24,000 nt of DNA, taken from positions 1-24,000 of the forward strand of contig CAZYNT010000010.1 in the NCBI GenBank assembly GCA_964648205.1. The letters are read 5' to 3'. This DNA is from an uncultured Gammaproteobacteria bacterium. GTDB lineage: Bacteria; Patescibacteriota; Patescibacteriia; Patescibacteriales; UBA12465. Position 1 is the first letter of the stretch; each line of letters starts with the position of its first letter. The translations under genes and the position numbers were made by a program. The notes under the pieces are model-generated. The model saw only the letters and a program-made list of their open reading frames with translations, was not told the DNA's origin and did not search any database. Shown here piece by piece: positions 1 through 9,236 of this stretch.

Positions 1-105
1 ACGCCAAATGAAGTCTTTAATGGTCAAAGTGTTGCGTTAAAATGTTGAATGTAGCAAAAGAATGCCGCAATATTTTTTAAATAACCGCTTACTTATTACT
101 TAGAA

Positions 106-2637
106 CTACTTAGAAAAAAACATTTCATCATCGTCTTCAAAAGGCCTGGAGTTAATACTCGGCTTCTCTTTCTTGGCCGGCCTGGAATCTTCCGGCTCAG
201 GCACCGGCCGATCTTTGGTTATTTCTTCGATAATTTCATCTTCGTCTTCAATAACTTCCTCTTCTTGTTCAGGAGTTAATGATAATTCTTCTTTTATTTC
301 TTCTTCCGTTCCCTCTTCTGTTCCCTCTTCATCATTTTTAAAAACTAAAGCATCATCATCGCCTTCTTCATCTCCCAAATAATTATCCGGAACGCTGGCC
401 GCTTTTCTATCGTGCACCGGTATACCGCTCACCGCTTCAGTCGTCGCTTCATACTCTTCTTGAGAAACCAGGACTTCGCGCGGCTTAGCACCGTTAGAAG
501 GCCCGATAATCTGCGCTTCCTCGAGCATATCTAAAATTTTGGCGGCCCGGCCATAACCGATTGACAGCCGGCGCTGCAGCATCGAAGTCGAAGCTTTGTT
601 CGCCTTGATGATAATTTCCTTGGCTGCTTCGAATAATTCATCTTCATCGCCGTGATTACCGTCAAGCCCGACGCCGGCATTGCCGCCGACTTTTTGGCGG
701 TCGGTCACTCCCTCCAAATATTCAGCCGGACCGCTCTTATCCTTAATATAATTGACGACATCATTAATTTCACTATCGCTTAAATATGCTCCCTGGATTC
801 TTTTCGGCTTGGCGAATTCGGCGGTCATAAATAACATATCACCTTGGCCCAAAAGCTTTTCGGCTCCCGAAGAATCTAAAATCGTCTTGGAATCGACCAG
901 CGAGGCGACAGAAAAAGCGATGCGGGTCGGCACGTTCGCCTTGATTAAACCGGTAATGACATCGACGCTCGGCCGTTGCGTCGCTAAAATCAAATGGATG
1001 CCAATAGCGCGGGACATCTGCGCCAAACGAATAATCGCCGCTTCCATATCCTTGCCGCTGGTCATCATAAAATCGGCCAGCTCATCGATAATAAAAACAA
1101 TATAAGGCAATTTTTCTTTAGCCGTTGGATTATAAGATTGGATATTGCGCTTCCCTGCTTTGTTTAAAATGTCATAGCGGCGCTCCATCTCGTTCAAACA
1201 CCACTTGAGGGCGTTAATGGTCTTGTTAACATCAGTGATGACCGGAGTTAATAAATGAGGAATGCCGTTATAAGTCGGGAGTTCAACTCTTTTCGGATCA
1301 ACCATAATAAAGCGCAAATCTTCGGGATTGTTCTGATACAATAAACTGACGATAATCGCGTTCAAACAGACAGACTTGCCGGAGTTGGTCGCTCCCGCTA
1401 CCAGCAAATGGGGCATGCGTGTCAAATCATAGAGCCAAGCCGTGCCAGCCACATCTTTACCCAGCGCGACGAACAGATTATTTTTACGATCTTTGAACGC
1501 CTGGTCTTCTAATATTTCCCTGAGGCCGACAATCGCTTTCGCACGGTTAGGAACTTCGACGCCGACCAGAGATTTCCCCGGAATGGGCGCTTCGATTCTT
1601 ATCGGATGAGCCGCCAAAGAAAGCGACAGGTCGTTATTTAAAGTGGTAATGCGCGACAGCTTAACTCCCTCGGCGGGACGAAATGTATATTGGGTTACCG
1701 TTGGGCCGACTTTAGTTTCGCCCATTTCCACTTCAATTCCGAACTTCTCCAAAGTTTTCTGAATTTTCATGGCATTAGCTTCTGTGTCGCCACCAATCGC
1801 CTTAGAAAATTTATTATTCAAAAGCTCCAGAGGCAAATCTATCTTGATGGAACGCTTGGGCCAGGTTATTTTTTCTTGGACTTTCGGCCTGTCTTTCTGC
1901 GCCTGAACTTTGCTGGGCGCTAAAACTTCGCTCTCTTCGTCTTCTTTTACATCGCTTGGATCGGGTTTAACTTCTTTTTGCTGCCAGCTGTTTAAAATTT
2001 CATCGCGGGCCTCGGCGATAAATTTCTTGCCCTCGCTGTCTTCCAATCCGCTGCTTGAAAATAAATTTTTAAAGAATAAGGCGAAGGGCCGGAATATCTT
2101 GGCGAAAAAACTTTCTCGGCCGATTATGCGGGAAAGTGAAGTATTAAATACCAAAACCAAGGAAATCAAAAAGAGGGCGATTAAAACTAAAACGCCCCCC
2201 CAAAAACCAAAAATATAAAAAAATAATTCGCTCAAATACAGGCCGACATACCCACCCCCGATGCCGAGCTTAACCGTCGCTTCCCAATTAGACTGATTGA
2301 TGAAAAAATGAAACAGAGTTTGATAAGAAACAAAAAGAAGGCCCAATCCTAAATAATCGCTAAATTTCAAGGGATTTTTTGTTTTTCTAATTAAAAGCAA
2401 AGCCCAATACAAAAAAATCAACGGGACCAGCCATTTGCCGAAGCCGAATATCAGCGTGAGCCATTTTGATAAGAATTCGCCAAAATGCCCGGAAAGGTTG
2501 AACAAGCCGAGCAAACTAACCAGGCCCAAAACAATCAGGCCGACAATAATAATGCTACGTTTGGCGCGTTCGTCGAGATTAAACTCCGGCAGAGCGACAT
2601 AATCCATCGGATTGGTAGATTTTTTCTTGCGGGACAT
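106..2637 (-). CDS. ftsK: DNA translocase FtsK/SpoIIIE family; start trimmed to MSRKKKST
   Basis: N-terminal transmembrane segments, Walker A GATNSGKSV, motor signatures FIMVDPKRVELPTYNGIPHLLTPV and LILATQRPSVDVITG, C-terminal gamma winged helix (LQRRLSIGYGRAAKILDMLEEAQIIGP). The ORF opens at 2685, but MSRKKK at 2637 is the more natural start. Confidence 0.97.
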   Translation of the reverse strand: MSRKKKSTNPMDYVALPEFNLDERAKRSIIIVGLIVLGLVSLLGLFNLSGHFGEFLSKWLTLIFGFGKWLVPLIFLYWALLLIRKTKNPLKFSDYLGLGLLFVSYQTLFHFFINQSNWEATVKLGIGGGYVGLYLSELFFYIFGFWGGVLVLIALFLISLVLVFNTSLSRIIGRESFFAKIFRPFALFFKNLFSSSGLEDSEGKKFIAEARDEILNSWQQKEVKPDPSDVKEDEESEVLAPSKVQAQKDRPKVQEKITWPKRSIKIDLPLELLNNKFSKAIGGDTEANAMKIQKTLEKFGIEVEMGETKVGPTVTQYTFRPAEGVKLSRITTLNNDLSLSLAAHPIRIEAPIPGKSLVGVEVPNRAKAIVGLREILEDQAFKDRKNNLFVALGKDVAGTAWLYDLTRMPHLLVAGATNSGKSVCLNAIIVSLLYQNNPEDLRFIMVDPKRVELPTYNGIPHLLTPVITDVNKTINALKWCLNEMERRYDILNKAGKRNIQSYNPTAKEKLPYIVFIIDELADFMMTSGKDMEAAIIRLAQMSRAIGIHLILATQRPSVDVITGLIKANVPTRIAFSVASLVDSKTILDSSGAEKLLGQGDMLFMTAEFAKPKRIQGAYLSDSEINDVVNYIKDKSGPAEYLEGVTDRQKVGGNAGVGLDGNHGDEDELFEAAKEIIIKANKASTSMLQRRLSIGYGRAAKILDMLEEAQIIGPSNGAKPREVLVSQEEYEATTEAVSGIPVHDRKAASVPDNYLGDEEGDDDALVFKNDEEGTEEGTEEEIKEELSLTPEQEEEVIEDEDEIIEEITKDRPVPEPEDSRPAKKEKPSINSRPFEDDDEMFFSK

Positions 2638-2700
2638 ATAAATTAAATAAAAAATGCTAACTTTTACATTTTTATTATACCACACCGCGAATCTAAAGCC

Positions 2701-3741
2701 CTAATTGATTTCAATATCTATAAAAACCGCTTCGGGCACCCGGGTGCGTATTCTTTTTTCAATTTCGTCTATTTTCTTGCCGACTAAACGCGGCACTCTA
2801 TCTATATAGTCCACCGAAAACTTCATAAAATTCTCATAACTCTCTTTAACCTCTTCATATTCATTTTCCAGGAAATGGTGCTGGTTCAGTTCTTTCATGA
2901 GGGCCGAGGCATTAAATTCCACGTCGCACTTGATCAAATATTTATCAACGTCCAGAATAGCCGATTTGAAATCAAGTACCTTCTCAATGGTCGGATCACT
3001 GTTAAATATCTCCAAAACGATTTTTTCGATGTCGGCCGGGATGGCCTTGGTAATCAAGTAGTTCCGATTTTTGGCAATAAGGACAATCGCCATGGCGCCC
3101 AAAAGCAACCCTATCAAGATGGAAGCACCGGCGTCCCAATAATATTGGCCGGTAATATAGGTCAGGACAATACTTATAAAGGCGATGATAATTCCCAAAA
3201 CCGCCAAACTATCTTCATATATTACGGCCAGGGTCGCCGGGTCGGCATTAGCTAAAGCCGAGCTTAACTTGGCTTTGGGCTGGCGGAGCAGATGGCCGCG
3301 CAATTCCCGAACCGCTATTAGAAGAGTGGCCGATTCGATTATAAAGGCGATGGCCAGGATAACAAGAGCCCAAGGATTGAAATGGATTGCTGTCTGATGC
3401 CAGAAGGAGGCAACGCCGTGATAGACGGTTGCGCCGCAGCCGACAAAAAAAATGCCGCAGGCGGAAATGAGCGCCCAGATGAAGCGTTCCTTGCCGTAGC
3501 CGTAATTGAATTCTTTGTCCGGTTTCTTAACCGATTGGCGGACGCCGATAACGAGCAGAAATTGATTGGCCGTGTCCGCCAGACTATGGATAGCTTCGGA
3601 AAACATGGCGCCGGAACCGGTAAAAGCAAAACCGACAAATTTGGCGGCGCAAACCACGGCATTGCCGCAAAAAGCGGCCAAAACTGGCCAGGAACCGGCC
3701 GGGCTGGCAGCATGGCTATGGATTGTTCTAGAAGTAGGCAT
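2701..3741 (-). CDS. Cation diffusion facilitator (CDF) family transporter
   Basis: Six-TM pattern with FTGSGAMFSEAIHSLADTANQFLLVIG and AVIYEDSLAVLGIIIA, followed by a C-terminal cytoplasmic domain; typical of CDF proteins. Confidence 0.9.
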   Translation of the reverse strand: MPTSRTIHSHAASPAGSWPVLAAFCGNAVVCAAKFVGFAFTGSGAMFSEAIHSLADTANQFLLVIGVRQSVKKPDKEFNYGYGKERFIWALISACGIFFVGCGATVYHGVASFWHQTAIHFNPWALVILAIAFIIESATLLIAVRELRGHLLRQPKAKLSSALANADPATLAVIYEDSLAVLGIIIAFISIVLTYITGQYYWDAGASILIGLLLGAMAIVLIAKNRNYLITKAIPADIEKIVLEIFNSDPTIEKVLDFKSAILDVDKYLIKCDVEFNASALMKELNQHHFLENEYEEVKESYENFMKFSVDYIDRVPRLVGKKIDEIEKRIRTRVPEAVFIDIEIN

Positions 3742-3795
3742 ATTATAATAGAATATTATATTAATAGGATATTATATAAAAAGAGGGATGTAAAT

Positions 3796-3930
3796 AAAAC
3801 CCCGCCAATAATCTGTAGAGCGCGGCCGGACGTTTTCGGCGTCCGGCGGACGAGAAGCCAATCCTTATTTAGGAGAGAGTTTTTAAATAAGAACCTTACT
3901 TCTCCGCTCTACAGGTTACTAGCGGGGTTT
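3796..3930. repeat. 135-bp foldback element between the CDF gene and the 227-aa ORF
   Basis: Terminal inverted repeat AAACCCCGC...GCGGGGTTT, nested CTGTAGAGCG...CGCTCTACAG, then two inner arms: GCCGGACG-TTTTCGG-CGTCCGGC and GAGAAG..CTTATTTA-GGAGAGAGTTTT-TAAATAAG..CTTCTC. No ORF. Confidence 0.7.
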
Positions 3931-3968
3931 GGTTTTTGGGCCGAGGCCCGACTTGGTTTGTTTTTTTT

Positions 3969-4040
3969 CTTTTCTGAAGACACTATTTTATAAAATAATG
4001 TTTTCGGGAAAGAAGCGAACCGGTTGAACGACCGGTTCGC
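3969..4040 (-). terminator. Double-hairpin element A, 3' of the 227-aa gene
   Basis: Minus strand: GCGAACCGGT-CGTTCA-ACCGGTTCGC then TTCTTTCCC and a second long AT-rich imperfect stem. Lies about 20 nt past the stop codon. Confidence 0.6.
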
Positions 4041-4061
4041 CAGAAACAATTAAGTTTGCTT

Positions 4062-4715
4062 CTAAATAAAGGAAAACTGCAATCTTCTTCTATATTCTGC
4101 TACGTCTTCCCTTCTAAGCAAAAATTCTCCTAACCAATAGGTTTGGTCGTATTTAGTATTCTTACTACGACCGCCTTCCTGCCAGGCAGAATTTTTTATT
4201 CTTTCTTCAGCTTCTTCCGGAGGGATACTGTTTAGATATTCCTTTACCCTCTCTATGCTGAGTACCTTACCCCAGAAATGCACCTCGTTAGTTCTGGTCG
4301 CCAAGTCTATTATCTCTTCTGGCGACCCGGAAATTAAAGTTTTTTGGAAATCCTTTCTGCTCTGCATAATTTCTGCAAACTCATAACCCATTCCAAAAAA
4401 CCCTTTTCCGTTCCATAGATCAAAGGCCTCTTTAAAAGAAACGTCCTCCCTCGTTATATATACTTCAACGAGTTTCGATGCTATAGTGTGGCAATCACTT
4501 GTACAATAGTCAGCATCTTCCATTTTTATGAAATGGTTAATGATACTCCAGGCTTTTGTCTTATCAACGTCCAGCCTTTTCACTACCACGCTCCACACCT
4601 CTTCTTTATTTTTTTTCTTAGCGTAGTCGATGAGTTCTTCGTAATTCATCTTTTCCAGTTCTTCCTCAGAGGTACCAAATGTTCTGAGTAAAAAATCATA
4701 ATTATCTTTAGCCAT
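4062..4715 (-). CDS. Hypothetical protein (start trimmed to MAKDNYDF)
   Basis: Long ORF with a good SD (GGGGAG) 5 nt before ATG at 4713-4715; no family recognised. Confidence 0.75.
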   Translation of the reverse strand: MAKDNYDFLLRTFGTSEEELEKMNYEELIDYAKKKNKEEVWSVVVKRLDVDKTKAWSIINHFIKMEDADYCTSDCHTIASKLVEVYITREDVSFKEAFDLWNGKGFFGMGYEFAEIMQSRKDFQKTLISGSPEEIIDLATRTNEVHFWGKVLSIERVKEYLNSIPPEEAEERIKNSAWQEGGRSKNTKYDQTYWLGEFLLRREDVAEYRRRLQFSFI

Positions 4716-4778
4716 TTTTCTCCCCGCGCTTACTTTACTCGTCACGGGTTTATTTTTTTAGTTAATACTGATTTTATT

Positions 4779-4839
4779 CCCATCTCCACTTCTCGCTCTT
4801 GGGGATTAGGGCGCCCTGTTTTATGTCGAGGGAGGACAA
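4779..4839 (-). other. Conserved post-stop element E, copy 1
   Basis: Plus strand CCCATCTCCACTTCTCGCTCTTGGGGATTAGGGCGCCCTGTTTTATGTCGAGGGAGGAC; similar to the segment at 9166-9223. Confidence 0.4.
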
Positions 4840-4848
4840 AAGAAGATT

Positions 4849-5112
4849 TCATTTTTTTAACGCCCGACGCAGAATTTCTGCAAAATCGCTAGAAGCGCCC
4901 GAATTTTCTTCTGGGCTCTCCTCGTATTTGCTTTCTTTCTGGTTTCCAAAATGATAGTCATAAACATAATTCTTGACATCATTTGGATCGGCGCCGCAAA
5001 AGAAATCCTGACCGCCAATGGAAATCAGGTGGTCATAAACCCGGCTCCGGCCGCAAACACCGACGATGTGTTCATCAATATCGTCAGTATTAAGAGCGGC
5101 TACGCTCTTCCG
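4849..5112 (-). CDS. Start-less ORF continuing, in another frame, from the helicase 3' end; possible frameshifted C-terminus
   Basis: Hand translation: RKSVAALNTDDIDEHIVGVCGRSRVYDHLISIGGQDFFCGADPNDVKNYVYDYHFGNQKESKYEESPEENSGASSDFAEILRRALKK*. It reads like protein but has no ATG/GTG/TTG in its 5' part. It overlaps the helicase stop codon (5090-5092) in the +1 frame. Confidence 0.4.
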   Translation of the reverse strand, partial: RKSVAALNTDDIDEHIVGVCGRSRVYDHLISIGGQDFFCGADPNDVKNYVYDYHFGNQKESKYEESPEENSGASSDFAEILRRALKK

Positions 5113-8100
5113 CTAAGCCCGCTAATTTTTCCATCAGGTCCTTAGCCTCGGAGATAGACTCTTCAGCTCCTGGAAAGTCGGCCTGGCCGGCAGCGCTAGA
5201 GGCAGAGGAAATCAGATCACGGATCTGATTAACTTCGTCAATTACTAAATCTGCAGGAATCTCATTGAGATAATTCTGAAATGATTCCTGAAATTTAGCG
5301 ACGAGTTCAATCGTCTCCGTGTTTTTTTGTTCCAGCTCAGATTTAACCAAAGCAATTTTTTCCTCAACTGCGGCAATGGTGTCGGAGATATTCTCAACAC
5401 TCAAATTAGCAATTGCCGAATCAACTGCTTCTGAAATCTGACGCTGGGCCAATTTGCCCAAAGCGGTCCAGGACCAGTAGCGATACCAGGGATGAACCTG
5501 TCCCAAGCTAGAGCCTGAATAATAGCCAATAAACGATCGAACGGCTTTTAGTGTTTCCACCTCGGCTTCTTCCTGGTTCTTTTTTAGAACCAAGCGCACT
5601 TGATCGCCGGACACGCAGAGAGATGGATAAGCACAAAGGCTTGAACCGTCATCCTTAACGGCGACTTCGATCGGCTTCAGCTGAACTAAAAGATTTTTTA
5701 AATTTTCCTGACCTTCCAGCCAAGAAGAATTAAAGCTTCTTTCCGCCTGCGACCAAGCTTCAGTTAAGCGCTTATTTTCAAAATAAGCTTTAACTTCCAC
5801 CCAGTCACAAAAGCTGTTATTCCAATCAACGCTGAGACTGACTGAACGACCGCCGGGTAGGGTAACTGCCCCCTCGGACTCTTTGGCCATCTGCTCAGTT
5901 ATTTGAATGCTGGCCTGATTTTCTGAATAGGAAACGTGAATTTCTTCGCCGTTAACTATTATTGAATCAGGATTCTCGGCCAAAATCTTAGCTTCCTTAG
6001 CGGCATCAATAACCGGCAGAAGCAATGATTCTGTTTGAGCGTCAGCGAGACGAGCCGTGCCGTTAAGCTTCTCACGGCAGAATTCTTGCCATTCCCAATT
6101 TGAATTCGGGCACAAGAAAATCTTTTCGCCAGAGCGCTGATTAAGCTCGCGCATCCGCTTCGCCGTGGCGACGTTCTGAGCGACAAAATCATATCCGGCC
6201 AGGCTATAGCCGTAATACAATTTGTTCGCCAACCATTGGGCGAAAACTTCAGCGGCCTGAGAATGATCAGGCGTTTCCACGACTTCTTCTTTAACGAGTA
6301 TGCCGTTAAAATAAGTCTGCCGCGTTGAAACGCATGCGTCTTTCTCTGAGTTGTATTGAGGATTTACCCCCTCAACAACCTTAGAAAGCTGCGGTGCGAC
6401 TTCGACGAGCATGGTCGGATTAACGCTCGTGGCCATCGTAACCAGGTGCAGAATCATCCGGCCACGGCGAGTCTGAATCTCAATATCAAACGGAAGTCCG
6501 ATAAGCCAGTCCCCACCGAATTGAAGTTCTTCTCTCGCCTGCTTGCGGATCGTGTCGTCACCGTTTTTCCATTCGCCCCAGCTAACCGACTTATAAAGAT
6601 GGTCGATCATGCCGGAACAGATGGCGCGCATAATATCATCCCGCTTCCCGGAACTCTGCAAAGAATGAACTTTGCCTTTCAGGGAATCGGTTAATAGACG
6701 GCGGCGATCATTAGCCTGATGATAGGCCTTAACAAAAAGGCCATTCAGACGACGGTCTTCGTTCGACAGATTTTTAGCGCCGCGAAAAATTGCCAGTTGA
6801 GCGAGAACATTACTGTCTTTCTCTTCCGGACAAAACTTCCGACGGGCTAAATCATTGCCATCTTCTTCGCTCCCGTCCGGCATTTTCACCTTCCGAGAAG
6901 TGATACCGCCCTGCTCGAGAATTGCAGCGACACTAATAATGTCACCAACTACTCCGAGCTTATCGGCCTCTACGATCATGCGACCATATTGGACCGAAAT
7001 AGGAAGGCGGGCAACCTGGCGGCCGGTGGAAGTTACTTCGCCGTTTTCATCCATACAGCCGAGAGCTCTTAAAGCCCTTTTAGCCTCATGGATCTGATCG
7101 AGAGGCGGCTGATGAAAAAAGCTAAGTTCTTCCGCGTCAATTTTGGCTTCAGCCAAACGGAGAACCGTCTGGTCTAAACGGACGCGAAGAATTTCAGCCA
7201 GCGGAAAATCTAAACGACCTTCGCCCTGGGGGCAATGATCAATGTAGATTCCTTCGCGGCAACGGCCAGCCCGGCCTTTACGCTGTGCGCGGTCAGCCAT
7301 GGAAATAGCGCGCAGGTATAAACCCTCAACGCCGTCCATCAGTTCAATCCGCTTTTCTGTGCCGTCATCAACCACAGCGTCGATGTCCTCGATAGTAATC
7401 GAAGTCTGCGCAACGTTCGTAGCGATGACGCACTTGGCGCGATCGTAAGTTCTGAAAACCTTATCCTGGTCTTCGGACTCCAACTCGCCATGGAGCGGCA
7501 ATATTTCCGCCTGCAGGCCTTCGACTTTTTTCAAAGCGGCAGTCAGTTCCAAAATTTCCGCTTTGCCCGGTTTAAAAACCAGAACATTGCGGCCTTCCTG
7601 AAGAAGGGTCGTAACATCCTGGAGAACGTTCAAGCTCTGCATCCTTTCGGAATGATCAGCCTGACGTTCCTCGACCGGATAACAGCGGCCTGGAACAGAA
7701 ATCACCGGCGCCGAACTAAAAAACTCAGATAATTTTTCCGCCTCTAACGTGGCGGACATTATCACGAGCTTGAAGGCGGCACCATTCTCAATCTGGCGTT
7801 TTGACCAAGCGGCCAAAACTTCCATATTAAGATTCCACTCGTGGACCTCGTCCAGCACCAGGATATGATGCCGTCCGACGCCCATCAATTCTCGCACCAG
7901 GGCTAAGCCATCGGTGCAGAAAAGACAACGGGTGCTGGCGGAATCCTGGCGCTCGTAAGCGGTCCGGAAACCAATTTCCTGCCCGAGCTCCCCGTTCCGT
8001 TCCTGAGCGACGCGTTTGGCCACTGAACGAGCGGCTAAACGGCGCGGCTGAGTCACGACCAAGGAATATCCTTCGTCGAGTAAGAACTGCGGCACGCGGG

Positions 8101-8209
8101 TTGATTTCCCGGCGCCAGTTTCAGCGGTGATTATCGTAACCGAGCTACTTCTCACCGAATTAATAATCTGGACCCGGAAATCATCAACGGGCAATTTCTG
8201 ATTCTTCAT
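5090..8209 (-). CDS. DEAH/DExH-box ATP-dependent RNA helicase (HrpA/HrpB-like)
   Basis: TAETGAGKSTRVPQ (Walker A), VVTQPRRLAARSVAKRV, LVLDEVHEWN (DEVH box), VIMSATLE, TNVAQTSITIEDIDAVVDDG and QRKGRAGRCREG motifs. Long divergent C-terminal region. Confidence 0.93.
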   Translation of the reverse strand: MKNQKLPVDDFRVQIINSVRSSSVTIITAETGAGKSTRVPQFLLDEGYSLVVTQPRRLAARSVAKRVAQERNGELGQEIGFRTAYERQDSASTRCLFCTDGLALVRELMGVGRHHILVLDEVHEWNLNMEVLAAWSKRQIENGAAFKLVIMSATLEAEKLSEFFSSAPVISVPGRCYPVEERQADHSERMQSLNVLQDVTTLLQEGRNVLVFKPGKAEILELTAALKKVEGLQAEILPLHGELESEDQDKVFRTYDRAKCVIATNVAQTSITIEDIDAVVDDGTEKRIELMDGVEGLYLRAISMADRAQRKGRAGRCREGIYIDHCPQGEGRLDFPLAEILRVRLDQTVLRLAEAKIDAEELSFFHQPPLDQIHEAKRALRALGCMDENGEVTSTGRQVARLPISVQYGRMIVEADKLGVVGDIISVAAILEQGGITSRKVKMPDGSEEDGNDLARRKFCPEEKDSNVLAQLAIFRGAKNLSNEDRRLNGLFVKAYHQANDRRRLLTDSLKGKVHSLQSSGKRDDIMRAICSGMIDHLYKSVSWGEWKNGDDTIRKQAREELQFGGDWLIGLPFDIEIQTRRGRMILHLVTMATSVNPTMLVEVAPQLSKVVEGVNPQYNSEKDACVSTRQTYFNGILVKEEVVETPDHSQAAEVFAQWLANKLYYGYSLAGYDFVAQNVATAKRMRELNQRSGEKIFLCPNSNWEWQEFCREKLNGTARLADAQTESLLLPVIDAAKEAKILAENPDSIIVNGEEIHVSYSENQASIQITEQMAKESEGAVTLPGGRSVSLSVDWNNSFCDWVEVKAYFENKRLTEAWSQAERSFNSSWLEGQENLKNLLVQLKPIEVAVKDDGSSLCAYPSLCVSGDQVRLVLKKNQEEAEVETLKAVRSFIGYYSGSSLGQVHPWYRYWSWTALGKLAQRQISEAVDSAIANLSVENISDTIAAVEEKIALVKSELEQKNTETIELVAKFQESFQNYLNEIPADLVIDEVNQIRDLISSASSAAGQADFPGAEESISEAKDLMEKLAGLAEERSRS

Positions 8210-8216
8210 GGTTTAC

Positions 8217-8280
8217 AATTTTTAGATTGTTATCTAAAAAACAAAAGTTGATTTGTCTCTTAAATAACAATCTAAAAATT
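8217..8280 (-). promoter_or_regulatory. Leader stem L3, directly upstream of the helicase start codon
   Basis: Perfect 17-bp inverted repeat AATTTTTAGATTGTTAT / ATAACAATCTAAAAATT with a 30-nt centre that can form an inner GACAAA/TTTGTT hairpin; ends 7 nt before the ATG. Confidence 0.6.
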
Positions 8281-8312
8281 AACCTTTGAAAAATTTCTAC
8301 TCGTCCAAGAAT

Positions 8313-8381
8313 TTCTTCTCTGAGACCACCATTTTAAAATGATGATCTCGGAAAGAAAGACGAGCATGAACGGCTCGTCTT
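8313..8381 (-). terminator. Double-hairpin element B, 3' of the 194-aa gene
   Basis: Minus strand: AAGACGAGC-CGTTCAT-GCTCGTCTT then TCTTTCC and the second stem GAGATCATCATTTTAAAATGGTGGTCTC. Confidence 0.6.
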
Positions 8382-8404
8382 CTTTGAACATTTTTCGCCG
8401 TGTT

Positions 8405-8989
8405 TTATTCGGGGCTAGCTTCAAAATCACCCTCGTACTCGTAGTGTTCGAGTACTTGAAATGATTTTTCTACGCCGATGACATCAGCGATGCCATTAAT
8501 GTGATTAAAAATTATATCCTCTTTGTCGGGAGCGAGGATAATCTCCCCCTTAAGAGTCCGAACTTTCAGCACGGTTCGCTCCTTTTTATAGTACCCGTGA
8601 TTGCAGGTACCATATTCCTCAAATTTCCAGCACCCCATTCCGTCACAGCGGGAATGGTATTCGGAAATTTTGGAAACAAATCTCTCCCTGAGAAGAGACA
8701 CCATCCGATCGCCTCTTCCTTCGGCGACTTTTTCCAACCGCTCCAGGTTGATAATTTCCCTGTCGCGAGAAGAAATTATTTCTTTAAAAGAGGTAACTTC
8801 TTTGAACATGACCTGGAAAATCCAGGTCCAAAAAACTGAGAAGGTGGTCCATAATGCCGCCATTCCCAATTCCGACCAGGACGGGTGCTCGGTTGGTGCA
8901 CACCTCATCCAAAGGAATACTGATATCCACCACATGCACATGATTGCGATGATGGTGTTGGTTGTTCTTTTTGTTTTCATTTTTTTCAT
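8405..8989 (-). CDS. Small membrane-anchored hypothetical protein
   Basis: N-terminal hydrophobic segments (TNTIIAIMCMWWISVFLWM and LGMAALWTTFSVFWTWIFQVMF) then a soluble domain; no family recognised. Confidence 0.7.
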   Translation of the reverse strand: MKKMKTKRTTNTIIAIMCMWWISVFLWMRCAPTEHPSWSELGMAALWTTFSVFWTWIFQVMFKEVTSFKEIISSRDREIINLERLEKVAEGRGDRMVSLLRERFVSKISEYHSRCDGMGCWKFEEYGTCNHGYYKKERTVLKVRTLKGEIILAPDKEDIIFNHINGIADVIGVEKSFQVLEHYEYEGDFEASPE

Positions 8990-8998
8990 TTTTTTCAG

Positions 8999-9051
8999 TT
9001 TAAAGGTTTATCCAATACACCAAATTCTGATGCGCTAAATAAACCTTTAAA
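8999..9051 (-). promoter_or_regulatory. Leader stem L2, upstream of the 194-aa gene
   Basis: Perfect 13-bp inverted repeat TTTAAAGGTTTAT / ATAAACCTTTAAA with a 27-nt centre that can form inner GCATCA-GAATT-TGGTGT (minus strand). Confidence 0.6.
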
Positions 9052-9066
9052 TCGTAAAAATGAAAA

Positions 9067-9138
9067 CTTCTTCTCTAAAAACATAATTTAAAATTATGTT
9101 TTTGGAAAAGAAGCGAACTGGATGAACAACCAGTTCGC
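9067..9138 (-). terminator. Double-hairpin element C, 3' of the DHH-motif gene
   Basis: Minus strand: GCGAACTGG-TTGTTCAT-CCAGTTCGC then TTCTTTTCC and the second stem AAAAACATAATTTTAAATTATGTTTTT, closed by CTTCTT/AAGAAG. Confidence 0.6.
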
Positions 9139-9165
9139 TTTTTAAACTTTAATTAATTTTTTTAT

Positions 9166-9223
9166 CCATCTGAATTTCGCTCTTAGGATTTATAGCGCTC
9201 AATTTCATGTCGAGAGAAGATAG
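9166..9223 (-). other. Conserved post-stop element E, copy 2
   Basis: Plus strand CCATCTGAATTTCGCTCTTAGGATTTATAGCGCTCAATTTCATGTCGAGAGAAGAT; similar to 4779-4839, and both begin shortly after a stop codon. Confidence 0.4.
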
Positions 9224-9236
9224 TGTCCATAATTCC

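Noticed and set aside
173-3993. Numerous ORFs antisense to ftsK and the CDF gene (e.g. 752-1105, 1910-2218, 3382-3993, 3339-3713).
   Set aside because: Low-complexity or shadow frames opposite well-supported genes.
3969-4020. Plus-strand CUGAAGA...GAAA in element A as another hammerhead.
   Set aside because: The stem between the core segments does not close onto GAAA, and the equivalent elements B and C do not keep the CUGANGA core.
4951-5145. Plus-strand 64-aa ORF.
   Set aside because: Antisense to the better minus-strand frame that appears to continue the helicase.
5959-7732. ORFs overlapping the helicase (5959-6192, 6356-6694, 6855-7097, 7490-7732).
   Set aside because: Embedded in or antisense to a gene with unambiguous helicase motifs.
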